DNA of 64,000 nucleotides from Octopus sinensis (taxonomy: Eukaryota). Below, in pieces: positions 1-10,657 of this stretch. Numbering within the stretch: position 1 is the stretch's first letter; each line of letters begins with the position of its first letter. The stretch lies in NCBI RefSeq assembly GCF_006345805.1, contig NC_043000.1:153698001-153762000 (forward strand). The letters run 5' to 3'. Under the pieces are notes generated by a model. It was not told where the DNA came from, did not search any database, and saw only the letters and a program-made list of their open reading frames with translations. A program made the position numbers and the translations under genes.

Positions 1-31
1 GATAGATGATGGATGGATGGATGGATGGATG

Positions 32-101
<70 letters not shown>

Positions 102-118
102 CAGATAGATGATAGATG

Positions 119-154
<36 letters not shown>

Positions 155-197
155 TGGATGGATGGATGGATGATATGGATTAGATAATAGATAGATT

Positions 198-232
<35 letters not shown>

Positions 233-252
233 GGATAGATAGATAGATAGAT
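1..252. repeat. (GATA)n/(GGAT)n microsatellite
   Basis: Direct reading; abuts the 3' end of Tx1 copy 1. Confidence 0.98.
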
Positions 253-2182
253 ATGTTTCTTTATTAGCCACACAGGGCTGCACACAGATAGAACAAATTA
301 CAAGGTAGAGCTTTTCTTTTGAAGGTTTAAAAAAAAAAAATATAATAATAATAAAATAACAAATAAAATAAAATAAAAAAGGGGAGGTCGATCAAAAGGG
401 ATCGTAAAAGGAGAGAAGAGGACAAAAAGGGGGGCGGGGGTTAAAAAAAAAGGGGAGAGGAAAAAAATTGATCAATAGGGATCGTTATCACAGAAATGTC
501 AATATGAAGTGTAAGGGGAGGACAGGTGAGGTTTATGAAGTCACATGTTATATTTTTTTTTTTTTTTTTTTGCAAATAAGCAACTCTCTGTATTAAGTTT
601 TACGGTTCATAGAATCATAGTCAAGGTGGCTTCGTCATTCATACGTGCCATCCTTGCTACATCACCCATCTTTTTTAAAACATTCACTAGACAAAACTTG
701 CCTCTCTACTCTCACTTTTTTCTTCAAGTGATACTTGAAGAAGTTGATGAGAGATTGACCAGAGAGGAAAGTGTTTGTCTCTAATCCTTTCAGACGCGTC
801 CACCAGACATTCTTTCGCCATAGCCACAAGTATGATAAAAATAGCTCTTCTTCCCGTTTGAAGGAAGGAGGCGTGACGATATTAACGATAGACTCGGCTG
901 ATAAACCGACACGTCCCACACGTGACAGCAGTCGTTCGACATAAGCCCACAGGTGGGAAATTGCTGGACACTGCACGATTGCGTGCAGAGCGGTTTCGTC
1001 GCTCTGCCCGCATCTCGGGCAGGTCGGCCCCGTGTTTCTCGAGCCATGCCTATAGAGCTTATCCCGAACGGGTAGCGCTTCTCGGTAGCACCGCCAGGCC
1101 AGGGATCTCTGGAAGTTGTCCATAGGTCCCGGGCCGAAAGTCGTTTGAAACAGGCGGGTCAGGTATTCCTCGTCGACGCCCGGGTTTGCCCCGAGCTCGT
1201 CGTCGTACCTCCCCTCCACTAATCCCCTATAGAATGCTTTGGTTGTGTTGAAGTCACTCAAGGTCGACCCGGGACGGCAGAGTTGCTTGAGAGCAACGCG
1301 ACACTCGCGGTGCCATTCGCCCTTCTTCGGCCTCTTTTTGATCCACGACTGTAGTTCGGTCATGGAGACGAGTTGCGGGAATGCGTGCCTCACAAACGGC
1401 GACCACACCTGTTCACCGTCGTCTACATAGAGCCGGAGATGTCGCAGTCTCAGCGCGTGTCTGCGCATCATCAACCACGGCATGCCCAGCCCTCCTTTGA
1501 ACGGGTGTTGACAGCAAATGGATCGCCTGACCATCGGGACGCATCCTTTCCACAAGAAGCGGAAGAGGATGCGTTCTAGTTTGGTGATGGTAGGGTCGGG
1601 ACAAGGTACGACGGTCAGGCGGTAGTAGATGATGGACGCGATGTACGCGTTCACCACCTCCGCCCGACCTTTTAGGGACAGTTTCCTCTCGGCCCATTGC
1701 TGGGCGAGAGTGACCACCGACTCGTTATCTCGTTCCAGTTCTTCTCCATTTGGAGGTCCGGACCGAACCAGACCCCGAGCAACTCAACCGGGCCGTCTGT
1801 CCAGCGTCCCACGACGGAGGTACTGGTGGACGGCATGGGCTTGCTTCTCCAGGTGCCGAGCCGCAAGCCCACTGACTTTCCCGGTTGATTTTTGCTCCTG
1901 TCACCGCTTCGTAGTCTTTCAGTGTCTCGCCGACCCGCTCGATGTGCTCGTGGCTTGACACTATGACGGTGACGTCGTCCGCGTATGCAGACACGCTCGT
2001 CCCGCATCCTAATTCTCGCGATGTCCATTTACGCGAATTACCGAACGGATGCCTCTGTACAAGGCAGCTATCCAGCCGCGGAAGACGGGACCGAAACCAG
2101 CCGCTCTCAGGACTGCCTCCAAGTATCGATGGTCTACCCTATCAAAGGCTTTCGATTGATCCAAGTTGATCAGGGCCCCACA
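253..2182 (-). mobile_element. Tx1-clade (L1) non-LTR retrotransposon, 5'-truncated copy 1
   Basis: RT motifs [12 protein letters not shown] and YADD, then GGLG and C-terminal CPRC..H...C zinc finger in frameshifted minus ORFs; 3' UTR ends AATAAAGAAACAT followed by (ATCT)n. Confidence 0.9.
662..2180 (-). pseudogene. Tx1 ORF2 remnant (partial RT plus zinc finger), frameshifted with internal deletion
   Basis: ORFs 2009..2488 (RT part only), 1725..1994 and 662..1717 join across frameshifts; the QGCPLSP motif is absent. Confidence 0.88.
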
Positions 2183-2230
2183 GATAGATAGATAGACAGA
2201 TAGATAGATGGATAGATAGATAGATAGATG

Positions 2231-2286
<56 letters not shown>

Positions 2287-2317
2287 GATGATGGATGGAT
2301 GGATGGATGGATGGATG

Positions 2318-2360
<43 letters not shown>

Positions 2361-2361
2361 T

Positions 2362-2403
<42 letters not shown>

Positions 2404-2518
2404 CAGATAGATAGATAGATGGATAGATAGATAGATGGATGGATGGATGGATAGATAGGTAAACTGACAGACACAGACAGACAGACACAGACAGACAGAC
2501 ACAGACAGACAGACAGAT

Positions 2519-2555
<37 letters not shown>

Positions 2556-2583
2556 GATGGATGGATGGATGGATGGATGGATG

Positions 2584-2630
<47 letters not shown>
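2183..2630. repeat. (GATA)n/(GGAT)n/(GACA)n microsatellite between the two Tx1 copies
   Basis: Direct reading. Confidence 0.97.
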
Positions 2631-2631
<1 letters not shown>

Positions 2632-3956
2632 TGTTTCTTTATTAGCCACACAGGGCTGCACACAGATAGAACAAATTACAAGGTAGAGCTTTTCTTTTGA
2701 AGGTATTAAAAAAAAAAAAAAAAAAAAGGAAGGGGGAGGTTCGATCAAAAGGGATCGTAAAAGGAGAGAAAGAGGACAAAAATAAGGGGGGTTAAAAAAA
2801 AAAAATAATAAAAAAAAAAAAAAAGGGGGGGGAGAGGAAAAAAAAATGATCAATAGGGATCGTTATCACAGAAATGTCAATATGAAGTGTAAAGGGGAGA
2901 CAGGTGAGGTTTACCCGTGGAAAGAAAAGCCTGCGGAAAAGATCACGGTAACCTCGGTCAATGAAGTCACATTTTATATTTCTTTTTTTTTTTTTTTTTT
3001 TTTGCAAATAAGCAACTCTCTGTTTTCGATTTCTGGGTTCATAGGACTATGCTCAAGGTGGCTTCGTCATTCATACGTGCCATTCTTGCTACATTCACCC
3101 ATCTTTTTTTAAAACATTCGCTAGACAAAACTTGCCTCTCTACTCTCACTTTCCTTTTCAAGTGGTACTTGAAGAAGTTGATGAGAGATTGACCAGAGAG
3201 GAAAGTGTTTGTCTCCAATCCTTTCAGACGCGTCCACCAGATACATTCTTTCGCCATAGCCACAAGGATGATGAAAATAGCTCTTCCTTCCCGTTTGAAG
3301 GAAGGAGGCGTGACAATATTGACGATAGACTCAGCTGATAAACCGACTCGTCCACACGTGACAGCAGTTGTTCGACATAAGCCCACAGGTCGGAAATTGT
3401 TGGACACTGAACGAGTGCGTGCAGAACGGTTTCGTCGCTCTGACCGCATCTCGGGCAGGTCGGCCCCGTGTTTCTCGAGCCGTGTCTGTAGAGCTTATCC
3501 CGAACGGGTAGCGCTTCTCGGTAGCACTGCCAGGCCAGGGATCTCTGGAGTTGTCCATGGGCCCTGGCCCGAAAGTCGTCCCGAACAGGCGGGTCAGGTA
3601 CTCCTCGTCGACGTCCAGGTTCGCCCCGAGCTCGTCGTCGTACCTCCCCTCACTAACCCCTATAGAATGCTTTGGTTGTGTTGAAGTCACTTAAGGTCGA
3701 CCCAGGACGGCAGAGTTGCTTGAGAGCAACGCGACACTCGCGGTGCCATTCGCCCTTCCTCGGCCTCTTTTTAATCCACGACTGCAGTTCGGTCATGGAA
3801 CGAGCTGCGGGAAGCGTGCCTCACAAACGGCGACCACACCTGTTCACCGTCGTCTACATAGAGCCAGAGATGTCGCAGTCTCAGCGCGTGTCTGCGCATC
3901 ATCAACCACGGCATGCTGATGCGCAGACACGCGCTGAGACTGCGACATCTCTGGCT
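2631..3956 (-). mobile_element. Tx1-clade LINE, 5'-truncated copy 2 with fold-back 5' junction
   Basis: Highly similar to copy 1 including identical 3' terminus; ORFs 3039..3449 and 3331..3690; 40-bp inverted duplication at 3862-3956. Confidence 0.9.
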
Positions 3957-3987
3957 AGGTAGGTTAGATAGTAGGTAGGTAGGTAGG

Positions 3988-4077
<90 letters not shown>

Positions 4078-4078
4078 T
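3957..4078. repeat. (GGTA)n/(GATA)n microsatellite
   Basis: Direct reading; 5' flank of Tx1 copy 2. Confidence 0.97.
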
Positions 4079-4361
4079 AAATGCGAGTTTGGAAGGTTAC
4101 ATCATCCGGACGGATACCGTATTGGTTCTCAGTTATGTTCCAGGTTACGGCTAACCGCACTGATCAGCATTTAACTTTTATGACTATTATTAGATGTCAG
4201 TCACTCTGTAAATACCTCGGATGGGTAATTCTGTGTTCGCTTCACTGAGCAGTAATATCATCTGCAGTATGTATTATTAATAATAATAATGATATAGAAC
4301 ATGGAGACTTGTTCAGCCTCAAAATTATTTCCTCTTATTTTATAATTTTATACAGCCTATA

Positions 4362-4770
4362 GGCGCAGGAGTGGCTGTGTGGTAAGTAGCTTGCTAACCA
4401 ACCACATGGTTCCGTGTTCAATCCCACTGCGTGGCATCTTGGGCAAGTGTCTTCTGCTATAGCCCGGGCCGACCAATGCCTTGTGATGGATTTGGTAGAC
4501 GGAAACTGAAGAAGCCTGTCGTATAATGATATAATATATATATCTATATATGCATGTGTGTTTTGTGTGTCTGTGTTTGTCCCCCTAGCATGCTTGAAAA
4601 CCGATGCTGGTGTGTTACGTCCCCGTCACTTAGCCGTTCGGCAAAAGAGACGATACAATAAGTACGGGGCTACAAAGAATAAGTCCCGGGGTCGATTTGC
4701 TCGACTGAAGGCGGTGCTCCAGCATGGCCACAGTCAAATGACTGAAACAAGTAAAAGAGTAAAAGAGAGA
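4362..4770 (+). mobile_element. tRNA-derived SINE, octopus OK-like
   Basis: Head with A-box TGGCTGTGTGG and B-box-like GTTCAATCCC, central TA/GT tract, tail GACTGAAACAAGTAAAAGAG; many copies in window. Family name from recall. Confidence 0.85.
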
Positions 4771-5040
4771 GATATTATTATGATCTTTATGACCTACACG
4801 TGTTTCCACTGCACAGATTACGGGCAATTGCAGATGCCACCTGGCACGATTTTCGTTGCAGCTTCTTCATACATGTGTATTTTTGTGTCTGTGTGTTTGT
4901 GTTTTTGTCTTTGTGTGTGTGTGTGTGTACACGCATGAATATACATGTGTGTATATGTTGGAAAACAGAGTATTAATCAAAAAAATGTATTACTCAATAA
5001 TGAACAAAGCGAGAGACGACTCAGAGCGCCATCAAGTATG

Positions 5041-5344
5041 TAAAGTTAATCCAAACATGAAAACACAAAGAGAAAACGCAACAACGCGAGGACGTGGAAC
5101 ATGTACAGTGTTACTGGACGCTCAGGAAAGGAAAGAAAGAAGGAGGATTTAACGTTTCGAGCGGAGCTCTTCGTCAGAAACATAGAAAAAGGAAAGGTCC
5201 AAGGAAGGGAAGACGGAGAAAGAAAATCGCCAACGATACACACGCGGTCACTTCCTTTCCTGAGCGTCCAATAACACTATACTTGTTCCACGTCCTCGCG
5301 TTGTTGGGTTTTCTGTTTGTGTTTTCGTGTTTGGATTAACTTTA
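5041..5344 (-). mobile_element. Penelope-like pseudo-LTR remnant with inverted partial duplication
   Basis: Arms 5041-5134 and 5251-5344 are inverted repeats; hammerhead core between them; homologs at 37.2, 48.5 and 55.9 kb. Confidence 0.7.
5146..5182 (-). ncRNA. Minimal type I hammerhead ribozyme motif
   Basis: Minus strand reads GUUU-CUGACGA-A-GAGC(UCC)GCUC-GAAA-CGUU-AAAU: core boxes, 4-bp stem II, palindromic AACGUU stem III. Confidence 0.6.
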
Positions 5345-5883
5345 TATACCGCACGCTCACACGGACCCCGGTCTGACTTGAATAACCAATTCCTGGATTT
5401 TTACACCTACGGTTTACTGTTACCATTCAACTGGAGTACGCTACTGTAATCGTGATTGGAAATCATCAAGTATGTACATATATAAGCCACCCATAATTGG
5501 ATACAACTCACCCAACAAGAACTCACTACTTGAACAAAACTTGACTTAAACAAAACTTGACTTAAATAGGATTCGAATAATCCTATCAGGTGGTGCTATT
5601 AAGTTAGACATGGCCTGGACCAATCTTTGGTCAAAATATCTAAGTTTGTGAATTGTGCCTTTCGACAACACGTGTAGAATGAAATAAAACGATTCTGTTC
5701 AATCTGCGTTCAGCTCCATTTCTTCAATTCACCAATAATGTTTTAATTTCAATATCCGAACAACGCCACGGGGTGCAACGCCAGTGGTTGTACCTCCAAC
5801 CGGCTGTTCACTGCTGTGATTGTACTAAGTATCGGTTAAACTTTTGATTAATCACTACAAGATTATTCATCTTCTATTTACAT

Positions 5884-5932
<49 letters not shown>

Positions 5933-6411
5933 TGCACATGCTCAACACGGTGTATTCGAATTACTAAATGGCAATCAAGACGTGTATAGAGATTTTACAG
6001 AGATAACAAACCAGTAGTGGGCACGTTTCTCTTCCATGGACGTCATCAGTTTAGAGAATTGTTCTAACATATCTCCAGCAGCCAAAGGACATAGACATAT
6101 ACAGCAGTCCACCAAACGAACTCTGACAGCAAACAACATATATCTACCAGCTGCTGCTAAATTCAAATCAAGACGGACGGATGGGATGGCCTTGAAGTCG
6201 AAGATTTTAAACTAACGGAGACGACATTTGAATATCACTTGAGGAATCACAACTGGATCTTATACAAACAAACAGTTGCATAAACAAATACCTGTATTTT
6301 TGGGGGAGCCACGTTGATTGGAAACAATTGTATAGATTAAAAAATAACTGTCCAACCGTACACCTTCTTGTTGACTCCAGTCTCTTCAAATATATATTTA
6401 TAGCAGTATGT

Positions 6412-7029
6412 ATAAGGGAGTCTGCTGAAAATTCCCTGCCTTTGGGTAAAAGGAAATACAAGAGGATCGGTTAATTATGATTTTATTAAACACTAGCAGT
6501 ATCGCCTGGCGTTGCTCGGCTTTGTAAAGGAAATAACTATATAAGCATTTTTAGAGAGTTATAGCCAAAAAATAGCAAAAAAATGCATTAAACATGGAAA
6601 AAAAATGATGGTAAATTTTTTTTAAATCGTTGACTCATCGTAGACATTTTTAGAGAGTTACTTTCCTTATATAATAGCGAAAAAAATGCATTAAAATGGG
6701 AAAAAATGATGGTTTTTTTTTTTAATCGTAGACTCATCGTAGACGCGCGGTAACACCCAGAAGGGCTCGATATGAATCACGACTATAAAATACCCGGTTT
6801 TGGTTAAACTGCACCGCAAAATGTGGGAGTAGTTAGGAATCTAAATCGTAGGAGACAGACAGACACACAACCTCTCTTTTATATATAAAGATATTCCCCT
6901 CTCAGATTCAAACACATATGGCAGCGGTCCCTCAGATTCTCTAAGCCCTGTAAATGAACTCGGAAGACTGGGCCTCTAATCAGGCCTTTCGTGACACCCT
7001 TAAAGCCAGGAAGTTTCAGGCACCTCATA
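6412..7029. mobile_element. Tc1/mariner-type MITE interrupted by a Helitron
   Basis: Degenerate TIRs (TGCTGAAAA..CCTG.CTTT / AAAGCCAGGAA..TTCAG.CAC); uninterrupted homologs at 8.5 and 46.6 kb. Confidence 0.65.
6493..6891 (-). mobile_element. Non-autonomous Helitron
   Basis: Minus strand starts A|TC and ends CTAG|T with a GC-rich subterminal hairpin; no TSD; homolog at 34874-35268. Confidence 0.8.
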
Positions 7030-7049
7030 TGTGTGTTTGTGTCTGTGTG

Positions 7050-7137
<88 letters not shown>

Positions 7138-7138
7138 T
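7030..7138. repeat. (GT)n microsatellite
   Basis: Direct reading. Confidence 0.97.
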
Positions 7139-7729
7139 GATTTCCTACGCATTTTCCCATTATATTAGAAACTAATATTAAAATGGTGTCGCTGCTTCCT
7201 GAAACGTCTGCCAGAAATATTGGTCACAGGAGAAGTTTAGCGTTCAGGTATTATTTCAAGAAGCCATATGTTCTTGTACGCAGTGTTGCTTTCCCAATAA
7301 GTAGGCGGGCTCAACATGGAAGATCGTTGATGGAAAGATTTGGTCAAAATCAAAAGAAAAACAAGTCTGGCATGATGCCAAGTATAAATACAGTTTCCCT
7401 TGTCGGTAATTAGAGCTAAAATGTGTTCTGATGCTATTTGCTTTATTTCTTTTATATATAGTGTCGACATAAAAGCAAACACGAGAGAACACAACCATCC
7501 ATTTAGTAACCTTTTTTCCTTCCTTCTCTTCCCCCCATCTCTTGCTTTGTATTTACTTCTCATTTACTTGCTAACTCTTTCCGTTCTCTCACGCTATTAT
7601 ACATTCTAAGGCTAGCTTTATCACCCGCTCCATCTTGTTCGATGAATTTCTAGTTTCTTTCTTTTCCCTGTAAAAGTGTCTATTTGCCCGCCTACATATA
7701 TGCTCGTTTATACCTACATGCATACATAC

Positions 7730-7940
<211 letters not shown>

Positions 7941-8501
7941 GAAGGAAAAGATGCCTATGAATATCTACATATATAGGCAGTCACTTATATTTATAAATAC
8001 ATACACACATACATATAAATACTCACACCCACACGCACACACGCACACATAACTATTAACAGACAGACAAAGAAAGAAAGAAAGAAAGGAAAAAGAAAGA
8101 AAGAAAATGAGAGAAACAAACAAACAAACAAACAAACAATGAGAAATCGTAAGACTAAATGAATAATACTCTATTAACCAATCAAGCTCGCTCTTTCTCT
8201 CAAACGTCACTCATTTAATCAGAACTCAACTCCCTTCCGGTCATTCACTCAAACCCGTTTTATTTCTCTTTCTTAACAACTAATTCTCTCATTCTCTCAA
8301 TCTGGCTAATAGAAATAAGAGACGAATATCATTGAAATAACACACTGCCATCTTCAATAAAGACATAATACAATAGCTTATTTATTCATAAATACCCTTT
8401 TAAAACATGCTGGTCGTGGTTTTAAACACTTTTAATCATGATGTGTATCTTATCAGAGCTGACTCGGGGTTAAACATCAGCAACGTCTCTCACTAACACA
8501 A

Positions 8502-8722
8502 TATGAGAGGGTGCTGAAAAGTTCCTGGCTTTATATGAAAGAAAATACAGAAGGATCAGTTAATTATGATTTTATTCGATTTATTCCCCTCTCAGATTCA
8601 CACACTTATTGCAGCAGCCCTTCTGTTTTTCTACGCCCTAAAAAAGAATTCGGAAAATTGGGCCTCTAGTCAGGCCTTTCGCGAAACCTTTGAAACCAGG
8701 AATTTTTCGGTATCCCCTCCTA
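8502..8722. mobile_element. Tc1/mariner-type MITE (~220 bp)
   Basis: TA-flanked TIRs TATGAGAGGGTGCTGAAAAGTTCCTGG / CCAGGAATTTTTCGGTATCCCCTCCTA. Confidence 0.7.
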
Positions 8723-8724
8723 TA

Positions 8725-9130
8725 CTTTTTTACTTTTTACTTGTTTTAGTCATGTGACTGTGGCCATGCTGGAGCACCGCCTTTTGTCGAGCAAATCGAC
8801 CCCAGGACTTATTCTTTGTAAGCCTAGTACTTATTCTATCGGCTTTTTTTGCCGAACTGCTAAGTTACGGGGACGTAAACACACCAGCATCGGTTGTCAA
8901 GCGATGCTTGGGGGACAAACGCAGTTACATGAACATATACACACACATATATAAATATACATATATACGACGGGCTTCTTTCAGTTTCCATCTACCAACT
9001 CCACTCACAAGGCTTTGGTCGGCCCGAGGCTATAATAGAAGACACTTGCCCAAGGTGCTACGCAGTGGAACTGAACCCGGAACCATGTGGCTGGTAAACA
9101 AACTACTTACCACACAGCCACTCCTACGCC
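8725..9130 (-). mobile_element. OK-like SINE, full length
   Basis: Reverse complement of the 4362-4770 family. Confidence 0.85.
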
Positions 9131-9488
9131 TATCTCTAATATATACTAAATATTTTATTTTATAAATAACAGATACATTGGTTTTTATATTGCGTGTATA
9201 TACCAGCATATCTACAAAGAACTAAAATATATCTCACAGAAAACCATACAAACATACATCCCTAAGTACACATATACGTTTATGCGTGTGTGTTTGTGAG
9301 TTTGTTGATCGGTTCAGAATTTCTGTATTTTCATGATTGCATTGTATTAAACTTCAAAAATTAACATCAACTAATCAGCAAATGGACGATAGCGATTGTG
9401 TCTGTGCAGCTCACATTAAACTTGTCAGAATGGAGTTAGCCTTAACATTTTATAAACATTTTTTAACAAAGCGATTGGTATGATGATT

Positions 9489-10140
9489 TAGTTAGTTAGT
9501 TAGTTAGTTAATTTGTTTCAAAAGCAAATAGCAAGGCCATGTAGGGGGACATGGAGTTAAGTACAGGGTGGTGTTCATGTAAAGAGTTCAGGCCACTTGA
9601 GGTCCAGGGAGGCTTTGAACAAAGCGGTCGTCGGCATCTTCACCATCTCGTCTGGCAGCTTGTTCCACGGATATGCAACCCGGACGGAGAAAGCTCCTCT
9701 CCTTCGATTGAGATGAAATCGTCGCAGGTAGAGCTTTTCGGAATGACCCCGCAGCCGACGCTCTGGAGCAAGAGTGAAGAACAGCTTTTTCGAGATGTTA
9801 CACTTTCCGCTTATGATGTTGTGGGCGAGAATGAGATCACCACGGCGGCGGCGTTTTTCAAGAGAATAAAGGTCGAGCGTCCTCAGCATTTCTTCGTAGG
9901 ACAAATTTTTGAGACCATGAACCATGCGGGTAGCCAGCTTCTGGACTCTTTTGAGATGCTGTATGTCTTTGAGGAGATAAGGAGAAGAGGCTTGAATCCC
10001 ATACTCCAATATGGGTCTCACCAGCGTGACATAGAGTGGTAGGAATATGGCTGCTGTGAGCATTCCGAATGACCGTCGAATCAAGAACAAAATTCCGCGT
10101 GCTTTGTTGGCAGCATGGACGCACTTGACCAACATTATAA
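9489..10140 (-). mobile_element. CR1-clade LINE 3' fragment
   Basis: ORF 9575..10135 with LYVTLVRPILEYG, RRRRGDLI, RLRGH and WNKLP motifs; 3' UTR stem-loop CATGT-CCCCCT-ACATG; (TAAC)n tail. Confidence 0.92.
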
Positions 10141-10179
10141 CGACAAAATTAACGGGACTGTTCTTGATCTATGTGTGCA

Positions 10180-10202
10180 TATGTACACACACACACACAC
10201 AC

Positions 10203-10243
<41 letters not shown>

Positions 10244-10472
10244 CGCGCATACACATGCACAGATATGTTGCATTTGTAAAAACAAAACAATGCAAGTCAC
10301 AAGAAATATTACCCAAATCGATGGTTTGTATTTCTAAATTGTATTTCAATATTTCGAGTTAAGGACTCCTTCCTCAAGAAATTTTAGGAGAAATGTTGCT
10401 GTGAGCTGACTTCTCTGTTCTGCAGTGTATGTGTTGTATGAAGAGTTGCATATGTATGTATGCATGTATGTG

Positions 10473-10504
<32 letters not shown>

Positions 10505-10615
10505 TGTATGTATGTATGTATGTATGTATGTATGTATGTGTGTGTATGTTGTATGTATGTATGTGTATATATACATATGTACGTGTGCACCTGTATGTGT
10601 ATATGTATTTAATTA
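10180..10615. repeat. (CA)n and (TATG)n microsatellites
   Basis: Direct reading. Confidence 0.9.
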
Positions 10616-10657
10616 TATGTAACTATATGTCCCATACAGCTTTATTTGTATACTAGA

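Noticed and set aside
2009-2853. Long IYLS-repeat ORFs, and all similar (CA)n/(TA)n/(CATA)n/(ATT)n ORFs in the track
   Set aside because: Microsatellite translations; only the RT-derived end of 2009..2488 is real.
4362-4440. tRNA-like heads with A/B boxes throughout the window
   Set aside because: They continue into SINE bodies and do not give a complete cloverleaf; not tRNA genes.
5340-6400. Unique region with short protein-like stretches on both strands, also at 4080-4300 and 7160-7420
   Set aside because: No frame stays open long enough and no motif is recognisable; left for the masked tblastx test.
9551-10042. 163-aa plus-strand ORF
   Set aside because: Antisense shadow of the CR1 ORF2 fragment.
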